Source: Candidatus Limnocylindrales bacterium (GTDB taxonomy: Bacteria; Chloroflexota; Limnocylindria; Limnocylindrales; CSP1-4). From it: DNA of 64,000 nt. Shown here one piece after another: positions 18,489-30,850 of the stretch (position 1 is the first letter of the stretch; every line of letters starts with the position of its first letter). The notes under the pieces were generated by a model, which had not been told where the DNA came from, made no database searches, and saw nothing but the letters and a program-made list of their open reading frames with translations. The DNA lies in the NCBI GenBank assembly GCA_036274475.1, contig DASUFO010000022.1:56295-120294 (forward strand), given 5' to 3'. Position numbers and translations under genes: made by a program.

Positions 18489-19411
18489 GCACGGCGACCG
18501 TCGTCTGCATCGGCGTCGCCACGCTCGACGCGATCGTCGAGCTCGACCGGCTGCCCGGCCGCGACGAGCGCGTGTCGGCGAGTGACGGGCGGCTCGCCGG
18601 TGGCGGGGTCGCCGCGACGTCCGCCGTGACGCTCGCCCGCCTCGGCGTGCCGGCTGCGATCGTCGGCCGGGTCGGCAACGACGCTGCGGGACGGTGGATT
18701 CGCGACGACCTCGCGGGCGCGGGCGTCGACGTCGGCGGACTTCGACATGGACCCGGCCGGTCGCCCGTGTCGGTCGTTCTCGTGGAGCGCGGATCGGGCG
18801 GCCGGGCGCTCGCCCCGTACGGGGGTGACAACGGTCCGATCGAGCTCGACGACACGGACCTCGAGCGATGCCGCGCTGCTGCATGGGTCCACGTCGACCA
18901 CTTCGGCGTCGACGTGGCGCGTGCGCTGCGCGCCGCCGGCGTCGCGACGCCGATCTCGTTCGACGGCGGGGTGGACGTTCCCGGCCTCGACCTCGGGGCG
19001 ATCGACCTGTACGCGCCGACCGAAGTTGCGTTGCTCGCTCGTCTCCCCGGGCTCGGGCTGGCGGAGGCGATGGCCGCGGCGCTGGCCGAGGGACCCTCGA
19101 CGGTCGTCGTGACGCGTGGGGCGGACGGCAGCGCGGCCCTGGATCGAGCCGCGGCGGATGTCACGTTCGCTGGCGCGTTCCCGATCGACGCCGACCGCGG
19201 TTCGACGCTCGGCGCAGGCGACGTCTTCCACGGCGCACTGCTGGCGGGTCTCGTCGAAGGCCGCTCGCTCCCCCAGGCGCTGGTCCGCGCGAACGCCTGC
19301 GCCGGGCTCGCGTGCCGGGCGATCGATGGCCGGAGCGCGATCCCGTCTGCCCCGGAGCTCGACGCGTACCTGGCGGCACACGCCCGAGAGGTCGCCGATG
19401 CCCGCTCCTGA
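18485..19411 (+). CDS. PfkB-family sugar(-phosphate) kinase
   Basis: Ribokinase-like GG motif (RLAGGGVAATS) and anion-hole motif GAGDVFHGALL. ATGA overlap. Confidence 0.85.
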   Translation: MSTATVVCIGVATLDAIVELDRLPGRDERVSASDGRLAGGGVAATSAVTLARLGVPAAIVGRVGNDAAGRWIRDDLAGAGVDVGGLRHGPGRSPVSVVLVERGSGGRALAPYGGDNGPIELDDTDLERCRAAAWVHVDHFGVDVARALRAAGVATPISFDGGVDVPGLDLGAIDLYAPTEVALLARLPGLGLAEAMAAALAEGPSTVVVTRGADGSAALDRAAADVTFAGAFPIDADRGSTLGAGDVFHGALLAGLVEGRSLPQALVRANACAGLACRAIDGRSAIPSAPELDAYLAAHAREVADARS

Positions 19412-20309
19412 CAACGCCACCCGCCTCGCCGCCCTCGCCCGGCCGAGCGGCGCGTTGGCGATGCTCGCACTCGACCAGCGGGAGTCGCTGCGGGCGATGC
19501 TGGCGGACCGGCGGGGGGGCGGGCGCGTCCCGGATGCGAATCTGACGTCGTTCAAGGTCGCGGCGGCTCGCGCGCTTGCGCCGAGCGCGAGTGCGGTGCT
19601 CCTCGACGTCGCGTACGGGCTGCGGCCGGTGCTCGAGGCGGGCGCGATCCCCCGTGGGGTCGGCCTGATCGTGGCAGCCGATCGCCTCGTCCAGTCCCCC
19701 GGCGGCCCCGTGGAATCGACCGACGTCGATGAAGCGGTCCTCGCCGATGACGCGATCGCGGCGATCGTCGACGCGTACAAGCTGCTCGTGATCTGGCGCC
19801 CGGACGTCGATGGGGCGCGGCGGCGACGGACGGTCGAGGCGTTCCTTGCCGGTTGCCGAAGCCGCGGCAAGCCCGGCATCGTCGAGGGCATCGTGCGGCC
19901 GCCCGACGGCGTAACCCTCACGGCGAACCAGCACGTCGAGCTGGTGGTCGAGGCGGGCCTCGAGCTGGGCGCCGCGGCCGATCTCTACAAGGCGGAGGTC
20001 CCGACGCTCGCCCGTCCCGACGACGCTGCGGTGGAGGCCGGCGCCCGCGCCGTCACCGAGGCGCTGCCCGGTCCGTGGGTCGTGCTCTCGAACGGCACGG
20101 CGCCGGATCGGTTCGACGCTGCCGCCGTGGCGTCGGCCCGCGGCGGAGCGTCAGGCTTCCTCGCCGGCCGCGCGATCTGGCAGCGCTCGATCGCGGCACG
20201 GGACCCGGCCGCGGACATGCGCGACGTCGCCGCGCCGCGGCTCCGCGCCCTCGCAGAGCGGATGGATCGCGTGGCGCGCCCGTGGCACGCCGCCGGAACG
20301 GGCCGCTAG
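19398..20309 (+). CDS. Class I aldolase of the LacD/YihT (tagatose-bisphosphate / sulfofructose-phosphate aldolase) family
   Basis: Internal ATG at 19398, a 14-nt overlap with the PfkB gene. Motifs: AMLALDQRESLRAM, ASAVLLD, YKLLVIWRPD, DLYKAEVP (Schiff-base Lys region), GASGFLAGRAIW. Confidence 0.75.
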   Translation: MPAPDNATRLAALARPSGALAMLALDQRESLRAMLADRRGGGRVPDANLTSFKVAAARALAPSASAVLLDVAYGLRPVLEAGAIPRGVGLIVAADRLVQSPGGPVESTDVDEAVLADDAIAAIVDAYKLLVIWRPDVDGARRRRTVEAFLAGCRSRGKPGIVEGIVRPPDGVTLTANQHVELVVEAGLELGAAADLYKAEVPTLARPDDAAVEAGARAVTEALPGPWVVLSNGTAPDRFDAAAVASARGGASGFLAGRAIWQRSIAARDPAADMRDVAAPRLRALAERMDRVARPWHAAGTGR

Positions 20310-20314
20310 GAGCC

Positions 20315-21331
20315 TCAGCCGGCAGCGGTCGCGGCGGGATGCGTGTCGTACAGATCGGCTGGCGGCAGCGAGGCCCTCAGACGAGCTTCGAGCCCCGCGT
20401 CGATCGGGATCCCGGCGGCGTCGAACGCGAGCAACAACGCGCCCACCGCGGGCTCGAGCGTCGGCATGACGATCTCGACCGACGGCGCGCGCCGTCGAAC
20501 GGCGGCGACCGTCGCCTCCGCGAGCGCCCGACCCCGGTGGCGAAAGACGCCGCCGGTCAGCGCGAGCGCAAAGGCATCGCCCCTGGGAATGCCGACTCGC
20601 CGGGCGGCCGCCGCGGCCGTCTCACCGAGCGACGCGCCCTGGGCGCGGACGATCTCGAGCGCCGTCGCGTCGCCGGCCTCGGCCGCGTCGAGCAGCAGCG
20701 TCGCGTAGACCCCGGCGTCGCGTCGGCCGTCGACGTCGCGGCCCGTTCGATGGTGGAGCAGCGATTCGACGTTCGGCTCGCCGGTCGCCTCGAGCAGTCG
20801 CGCCGTGAGCTCGGTCGGCGGATCGATCCCGAGCTCGGCGCGGTAGATCGCCTGCAGCGCTCGGACGCCCAGCTCGTGGGCGCCCTGCGGCTCCTGCCAG
20901 AAGCTCGAATGCCATGTCCGGCCGTCGGGACCGCGGGCGCCGGTCGCGGCGCCGGTGCCGCACACGACCACGACGCCGGGGCCGCCCGGGACCGCTGCCC
21001 GCAGCGCACCGATCGCGTCGTTCACGACGGTCGGGCCGGGGAACCGTTCGGCGAGCCGCCGCTCGAGGAGGGCGACATCTTCGGGCCAATCGGCTCCGGC
21101 GAGGCTGAACGCGGCCGTCGGCGACGACCCCCTGGGCCCGGCGCCGGCGAGCGCGTCGCCGGCCACGCCGAGCAGCGCCGCGATCGCCTGGTCGACCGGG
21201 ACGGCGTGGATGTCGGCCCGGATCAGCGTCCGCGCCGCGCCGACCACGGTACCGTCTTCGCGGGCGACGAGCGCGATCGACTTCGTGTTGCCGCCGTCGA
21301 CGCCCAGCAGCAGCCGCCCGTCCGCGGTCAC
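20315..21331 (-). CDS. BadF/BadG/BcrA/BcrD-type ATPase, N-acetylglucosamine/glucosamine kinase-like
   Basis: Motifs: LLGVDGGNTKSIALV, VVVCGTGA. GTGA overlap with the nagB stop. Confidence 0.8.
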   Translation of the reverse strand: MTADGRLLLGVDGGNTKSIALVAREDGTVVGAARTLIRADIHAVPVDQAIAALLGVAGDALAGAGPRGSSPTAAFSLAGADWPEDVALLERRLAERFPGPTVVNDAIGALRAAVPGGPGVVVVCGTGAATGARGPDGRTWHSSFWQEPQGAHELGVRALQAIYRAELGIDPPTELTARLLEATGEPNVESLLHHRTGRDVDGRRDAGVYATLLLDAAEAGDATALEIVRAQGASLGETAAAAARRVGIPRGDAFALALTGGVFRHRGRALAEATVAAVRRRAPSVEIVMPTLEPAVGALLLAFDAAGIPIDAGLEARLRASLPPADLYDTHPAATAAG

Positions 21332-22119
21332 GACGTCGCCACCCCCGGTATCGCCACGCGCGGCGCGGGCGCCGCGGCCACGCCCCCCAGCGGGGGCACG
21401 TCATCCGGCCAGGCGTCCGTGTCGGCGAGCAGCGTCAGACCCGGGATCGTCCGGAGGAAGCTTGCCGGGACATCGGGCGTGACGGGTCCCCCGACCACCC
21501 GGCGGAGGATCTCGACCTTGTGGGACCCGGACACGACGAGGAGCGTCCGTTGGGCCCCGAGGATCACGTTCATACCGGCCGTGACGGCGCGGGTCGGGAC
21601 GCGGTCGCGACCGCCCCAGTACCGCGCGTTGCTCGCGAGGCTGGCCTCCGATAGCGGGACCAGTCGCGTGGGCGCGTTTGCGTCGGACGGCGGCTCGTTG
21701 AAGCCGAGATGGCCGTTCGGCCCGAGGCCGAGGACCGCGACGTCGAGCCCGCCCGCTGCCGCCACCGCCGCGTCGTACGCCCGGCACGACGCGTCGACGT
21801 CCCCGGCCGCGGCGTCCAGCCGGATCACGCGTTCGGCCGGAACGCCCAGCGGACCGGCGACATCGCGGATCAGCCAGTCGTACAGCGCCCGCGGGTCGTC
21901 GACGGCGAGGCCCGCGTACTCGTCGAGCTGGACGAGCGTCAGCGCCGACGTGTCGAGGTCGCCGGCGGCCCGGGTCGCCGCAAGATCGCGATAGACGCCG
22001 AGCGGTGACGTCCCCAACGCGGCCAGCATCGTGGCCTCCGGCCGGAGACCCAGCCAGCCGGCCACGATCGCCGAGCCGACGGCGTCGAGATCTCCGGGTG
22101 CGACGACACGGAGGTCCAC
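21328..22119 (-). CDS. nagB: Glucosamine-6-phosphate deaminase
   Basis: Motifs: VLGLGPNGHLGFNEP, and VTLVQLDEY read as LTLVQLDEYAG. Confidence 0.88.
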   Translation of the reverse strand: MDLRVVAPGDLDAVGSAIVAGWLGLRPEATMLAALGTSPLGVYRDLAATRAAGDLDTSALTLVQLDEYAGLAVDDPRALYDWLIRDVAGPLGVPAERVIRLDAAAGDVDASCRAYDAAVAAAGGLDVAVLGLGPNGHLGFNEPPSDANAPTRLVPLSEASLASNARYWGGRDRVPTRAVTAGMNVILGAQRTLLVVSGSHKVEILRRVVGGPVTPDVPASFLRTIPGLTLLADTDAWPDDVPPLGGVAAAPAPRVAIPGVATS

Positions 22120-22120
22120 G

Positions 22121-23422
22121 CTAGCTGAGCAGCCGGCCCGGCAGGTACCCCCGGTGCGCGGCCGCCATCGCGTCGTACAGGCGCTCCGCGAGCGGCAGCG
22201 ACAGCACGAGCGGGTGGCCGGCGAGCGCGGCGACCGCCTGCCGCCGACCGCCGGTCCAGGCCGCCTCCGCGGTGAGCGCCTGGTACTCGCCCAGCGCCTC
22301 GATCAGGCCACGCACCTGGCGCGGTAACGGCGGCACGGCAACGGGCGTCGCGCCGCCCCGGCCGACGACGGCCGGCACCTCGACGACGAGGTCCTCCGGG
22401 AATCCCGGCAGCGCCCCGCCACGATTCGGAACATTCACCGGCCAGGTCTCGCCGGTGTCGTTGACGATCGCGTCGATCACGTCGATCGCAAGCTCCAACT
22501 CGAGGATCCCGCCCCGGGAGCGCGCCGGGTCCAGCGCCGGCGCCGCTGCCCCGGCCTGCTCCTCGTAGTGGCGCCAGTAGTCGTCGACCTCGGCGAGGAT
22601 GTCCTCGGCCCGGGTCGTGGGAGCGGCAAGCGCCTCGGCCAGCGCCTCCTCCCGGAAGTAGTAGTAATAGAGGTAATCGGAGGGCAGCGAGCCGATCGCG
22701 GCGGCGAGTCGCAGCATCCGCCCGCCCCGCGTCTGGGCCCACGGCTCGCGGCATCGCCGCTCCCATGCCTCGCGGATGAGTGGCGCGACGTCCGCCCCGT
22801 CGTACAGCTGGCGCACCGTCCAGCCGGTGTGATTCAGCCCGACGAGGACCTGCTCGAGCCGGTCGGGATCGAGCCCGGCGCTCTTCGCGACGTTCGGGCC
22901 GAAGTAGATCGGGCCCTCGCACAGCGAGATCGTCGGGACCGCCGAGTGGTGGGTGACGGCCTCGGAGACGATGTTCACCGGGTTCGTGTAGTTCACGAGG
23001 AACGCCGACGGCGCGAGGCGCTCGATGTCGGCGACGATCTCCTGCATCACGGCGATCGAGCGAAGGGCCATGAAGAACCCGCCCGGACCCTGCGTCTCCT
23101 GGCCGATGACACCGTGCTCGAGCGGGATCCGCTCGTCGAGCCGGCGAGCTTCGAAGCCGCCCGGCCGGAAGCTCGTCAGGATGACGTCGGCGTCGCGGAT
23201 CCCGGCCTGGCGGTCGGTCGTCGCGGAGATCCGGAGGTCCAGGCCGCGGACTTCGGCCATCCGCGTCGCCAGCCGTCGGACGACGTCGAGATGCCGCTCG
23301 TCGAGGTCGACGAGGACGAGCTCGGAGCCCTCGAACTTCGCCCCGCGCTCGATCAGTGCGGCGACAGTGCCGGGCGCGCGGGTGCTGCCGCCGCCGATGT
23401 AGGTCAGCTTGATTCGGGCCAT
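22121..23422 (-). CDS. GH4 NAD/Mn-dependent (6-phospho-)glycosidase
   Basis: Internal ATG at 23422. N-terminal Rossmann motif MARIKLTYIGGGSTRAPG. Also NYTNPVNIVSEAV and a Cys in SLCEGP. Confidence 0.88.
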   Translation of the reverse strand: MARIKLTYIGGGSTRAPGTVAALIERGAKFEGSELVLVDLDERHLDVVRRLATRMAEVRGLDLRISATTDRQAGIRDADVILTSFRPGGFEARRLDERIPLEHGVIGQETQGPGGFFMALRSIAVMQEIVADIERLAPSAFLVNYTNPVNIVSEAVTHHSAVPTISLCEGPIYFGPNVAKSAGLDPDRLEQVLVGLNHTGWTVRQLYDGADVAPLIREAWERRCREPWAQTRGGRMLRLAAAIGSLPSDYLYYYYFREEALAEALAAPTTRAEDILAEVDDYWRHYEEQAGAAAPALDPARSRGGILELELAIDVIDAIVNDTGETWPVNVPNRGGALPGFPEDLVVEVPAVVGRGGATPVAVPPLPRQVRGLIEALGEYQALTAEAAWTGGRRQAVAALAGHPLVLSLPLAERLYDAMAAAHRGYLPGRLLS

Positions 23423-23601
23423 CTCGTCGCGTGGTGATGGGCTTGATGGCTCTACGCGAGCCGTTCCGGGGGGTCCCAGGCCAGTGTACCGGCCGCCCCT
23501 GCGGCCGGCCCTCGGCGCCGATTCGATGTAAACGCGAACTAAACCGCTGCAACCCGTTGACACCGGGCGGCGTGGGTCGCATCCTCGGGACACGGTCGTG
23601 T

Positions 23602-23613
23602 GAACCGGTTTAG
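23602..23613. promoter_or_regulatory. Candidate LacI-type operator (near-palindrome TGAACCGGTTTA) in the amylase leader
   Basis: Perfect AACCGGTT core with a CG centre. Related half-sites: CTAAACCG (about 23539) and ACCGGTTCA (about 23650). It lies downstream of a TTGACA (23557-23562) / CATCCT (23580-23585) promoter-like pair. Confidence 0.3.
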
Positions 23614-23723
23614 CGCCCTCGTGGAGGAGCCGCTCGGGCGCCCGGGACCGACCGGTTCATCAGCACCTCGCCGCCCTCTCCGGCCGGGTGGACCCGGCCG
23701 AGTGCCCACCGGAGGTTCGGTCG

Positions 23724-27947
<4,224 letters not shown>

Positions 27948-28164
27948 CCGCGAGGAGACTGAACTCCGCGGCAACGTCTGGGTTGCCAGCCCACGAATTC
28001 GGGACCGAAGCTCGGGCGGTGATCTGCCTCGGCGGGGCGGCTGGGTTGGCAGCCCAGATCGGCTGCCGTGGCAGCCGGCGACTGGTCCCTGGGACGTGGA
28101 TTCCCGGCTGGGAACCCAGCGAAGCGGCCCGATCGCGCCTCCCGCCTTCGCACGGGGACCGCGG

Positions 28165-29367
28165 CTAGACGACTCGAACGCCGGCCTGCCAGACCTCGTC
28201 GACGCGGTCACGGAGCGTCGCGAAGTCGTAGGGGTCGCCGGACACGATCACGAGATCCGCGACCTTGCCGGGCTCGATCGTGCCCAGCTCGTCGTCGACG
28301 CGGAGCAGCTGTGCGGCGCTCCGCGTCGTCGCCTCGAGCGCCGCGGCCGGTGTCATGCCGCCCTCGACCATCATGCCCAGCTCGCGCAGGTTCTCGCCGT
28401 GGGGGACGACCCCGCTGTCGGTGCCCATCGCGATCCGGACGCCGGCCTGAACGGCCTTCCGGAAGCCGGCGCGGTGGGAGTCGATGACCGAGCGCGCCTT
28501 GTCGAGGACATTCGGCGGAATCGTCGCCCCGGCGTCCGCGGCGTCGATCACGCCTTGCGCCGCGACGAGCGTCGGCACCAGCCACGTCCCGCGTTCCTTC
28601 ATCAGCTCGATCCCCTCGTCGTCGATGAAGATCCCGTGCTCGACCGACCGAACGCCGGCCTTCACCGCATTCCGAATGCCCTCGGCACTCTGGACGTGGG
28701 CCATCACCGGGACCTGCGCGGCCGTCGCCTCCTCCACGATCACGGCGAGCTCCTCGGGCCGGAAGTGGGCGAGCCGCGGGTTCGAGCGCGGCGACATCAC
28801 GCCGCCGCTCGCCGCGATCTTGATCACGTCGGCGCCGTTCCGGGCGAGCTCGCGGACCTTCCGCCGAACCTCGTCGGGACCGTCCGCGATGCCATCGGGG
28901 CGACCCGGGTGGGCGATGCCGAACGGGATGACGGCGCCGCCGGGATACCAGTCGTCACCGTGGCCACCGGTCTGGCTGATCATCGAGATCGAGATCTGCA
29001 GACGGGGCCCAGCGATCAGGCCGTCCTCGAGCGCGACTCTGACCCCGAGATCTGCGCCCCCGGCGTCCCGAACGGACGTGATGCCCGTTCGAAGCGTCGC
29101 GAGCAGGTTCCGAATGGCCATGTAGAACTGATAGGAGAACGGAGCGAGCACCGACGCCACCGGGTCGACGCCGACCGACATCACGTGGACATGGCAGTCG
29201 AACATCCCCGGCAGCACCGTGCGGCCGGTTACGTCGACCGCCTCGTCACCGTCCAGGCCCGTCCCGACGTCCACGATCTTGCCGTCGGCGATGACGACGT
29301 CGCCCGCGGCGGGCTCGCTGCCGGTGCCGTCGAAGATGCGACCGCCGCGGAAGACGATCCTGCTCAC
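28165..29367 (-). CDS. Metal-dependent amidohydrolase (Xaa-Pro-dipeptidase/imidazolonepropionase-related subfamily)
   Basis: The GTG at 29367 is preceded by GGAGG and overlaps the upstream stop (GTGA). Motifs: PGMFDCHVHV, SVRDAGG, VIKIAASGGV, VMAHV, VEHG, GTDSG. Confidence 0.85.
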   Translation of the reverse strand: MSRIVFRGGRIFDGTGSEPAAGDVVIADGKIVDVGTGLDGDEAVDVTGRTVLPGMFDCHVHVMSVGVDPVASVLAPFSYQFYMAIRNLLATLRTGITSVRDAGGADLGVRVALEDGLIAGPRLQISISMISQTGGHGDDWYPGGAVIPFGIAHPGRPDGIADGPDEVRRKVRELARNGADVIKIAASGGVMSPRSNPRLAHFRPEELAVIVEEATAAQVPVMAHVQSAEGIRNAVKAGVRSVEHGIFIDDEGIELMKERGTWLVPTLVAAQGVIDAADAGATIPPNVLDKARSVIDSHRAGFRKAVQAGVRIAMGTDSGVVPHGENLRELGMMVEGGMTPAAALEATTRSAAQLLRVDDELGTIEPGKVADLVIVSGDPYDFATLRDRVDEVWQAGVRVV

Positions 29368-30143
29368 GCGCTGCCTCCAGGTCGATTCATGAACGCCCGG
29401 AAGAGCTCCGGGCCGTCGACGCACTCGAGCCGGTACGACCACGCGCCGCCGGCGCCTCGCCAGGCTGCGTCCCGGAGCTCCATGCCGGCGTCGGCGGCCG
29501 CCGCGTACTCGAGCCGGTAGCGGCGGGGAAGCGCCGCGATGTCCCCCGCGCCGTCAGGGCTCGCGCCGAGGACGGCCTCCTCGAGCCAGTCGAGGTACAC
29601 CGCGTTGTTGACGTGGTCCATCGGGTCGAGCTCGTGGGGCCGGACGGCGAACGATCGCACCGCCGCCTCGTCCGGGGTCGGCGGGAGCGCGACCCGGTTG
29701 ATCTGACCGGTCGCCTCCGGGATCCGAAACGCTTCGCCGAAGACGTCCGGGATCCGGGTCAGCGCGCCGCGGGCATCGATCATGACCCAGTCGGTGTGGA
29801 CCCAGGCCACGAGCGCCCCGTCGGGACCATGGAACTCGCCCCGCCGCCTCGCCCAGACGCGCTTCTGGCCGACGACGCGCGTCTGAGAGACGACCTCGAC
29901 GCCCATCGGGATCGCGGCGAGCACCTCCAGCTCGGCCGAGCGGACGAGCCAGGTCAGCCCCCGCTCGAGATACCAGGCCCGCCCGAACCCGAGCGCGGTC
30001 GAGTGCTGCCAGGCCACGTCCTGCGCGTAGCGCATGAGGCCGGACGTCCTCAATCGCCCGTCGGGCCCCGCCTCGTCGAAGCGGACGCGATAGCGCGCCT
30101 CGTGGATGAGCGGCTTCTCGACCACGCTCGCCTGCTGCGTCAT
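29364..30143 (-). CDS. Acyl-ACP thioesterase-family (double hotdog) protein
   Basis: Internal ATG at 30143 (ATGA overlap). Two hotdog halves: YRVRFDEAGPDGRLRTSGLMRYAQDVAWQHS..WLVRSAELEV and VRPHELDPMDHVNNAVYLDWLEE. Confidence 0.75.
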   Translation of the reverse strand: MTQQASVVEKPLIHEARYRVRFDEAGPDGRLRTSGLMRYAQDVAWQHSTALGFGRAWYLERGLTWLVRSAELEVLAAIPMGVEVVSQTRVVGQKRVWARRRGEFHGPDGALVAWVHTDWVMIDARGALTRIPDVFGEAFRIPEATGQINRVALPPTPDEAAVRSFAVRPHELDPMDHVNNAVYLDWLEEAVLGASPDGAGDIAALPRRYRLEYAAAADAGMELRDAAWRGAGGAWSYRLECVDGPELFRAFMNRPGGSA

Positions 30144-30850
30144 CCGCCGCTCCCGCCGGAGGCGAGCGCCCCGGGCCGAGCCAGCGCGTCGAGGTCTTCG
30201 AGACCGATCACGCGCGTTGCGTCGTGGGGCGCCGTCTGGCGGTCGAGCCGGACGTCGCACGACCGCGCAGCGTCGAAGACCACGAGCGCCACCGCCAGCC
30301 GCTCGTCGTCGTCGGCGGCGTGTTGGCGAGCGTCGTCGAGCTGGTGGAGGACGTCGGCCGAGATCCCGCGGGCGCCCCACTTGCAGTCGATCGCGGCGGC
30401 GCTGCCCTCGATCTCGACGGTGACGTCGTAGGGATGGATCTCGGCGCGGACACCGTCGAACAGGATCCGTCGCTCGCGGCGGACGGCCGCGGACGTCGCA
30501 GCGGGCACGGCCCGCTTGAGCAGGCGCTCGGTCAGTGCCTCGACGATCGCCCCCCGGAACTGGCTCCGGACCTGCTCCCCGCGATCGGCAACCTCGAGCG
30601 ACGCCTCGAGAACCGCCTCGGAGATCGCGCGGGTCGGCTCGTCGGCCGCCCCCGGACCGAACAGCCCCGGGAACATCGCCCGCCATTCCGCCGCGTCGGT
30701 GGTTTCGCCGTTCATCACCGCGCGGGCGAGGATCCGCTGCTCGAGCGAAGCACCGGCCAGGAGGTCGGCCGCGCGCGCGACGAGGGGGTCTGCCTGGATC
30801 CCGGCGTAGACGATCGCGCGCGCGTCGGGCGCCGCGTCCTGGAACCTCAT
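30140..30850 (-). CDS. Hypothetical protein with a PD-(D/E)xK nuclease-like C-terminal core
   Basis: 236 aa, good GC3. Ordered elements are E104 (AIVEALTERLL helix), D142 (HPYDVTVEIEG strand) and D155-C-K157 (AAIDCKWG strand), then a helix and a strand (RLAVALVVFD). ATGA overlaps at both ends. Confidence 0.6.
   Translation of the reverse strand: MRFQDAAPDARAIVYAGIQADPLVARAADLLAGASLEQRILARAVMNGETTDAAEWRAMFPGLFGPGAADEPTRAISEAVLEASLEVADRGEQVRSQFRGAIVEALTERLLKRAVPAATSAAVRRERRILFDGVRAEIHPYDVTVEIEGSAAAIDCKWGARGISADVLHQLDDARQHAADDDERLAVALVVFDAARSCDVRLDRQTAPHDATRVIGLEDLDALARPGALASGGSGG

Noticed and set aside
7178-20309. Sulfoquinovose (sulfo-EMP) catabolic locus, because of the YihT-like aldolase plus PfkB kinase
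   Set aside because: I recognised no sulfolactaldehyde reductase or dehydrogenase, no sulfonate exporter and no GH31 sulfoquinovosidase signature. The surrounding enzymes are mannosidase and hexosamine-oriented.
27983-28168. 61-aa ORF in the convergent spacer after the amylase gene
   Set aside because: It lies entirely within palindromic repeat sequence. It has no Shine-Dalgarno site, poor codon bias and an Arg/Gly/Ala-rich translation.
28165-29367. Amidohydrolase as the missing NagA (GlcNAc-6-P deacetylase) of the hexosamine operon
   Set aside because: It belongs to a separate, oppositely placed operon behind the amylase gene. Its motif set (SVRDAGG, IKIAASGGV, VEHG) looks like the dipeptidase/imidazolonepropionase-related subgroup rather than NagA. 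This is not proven without a search.
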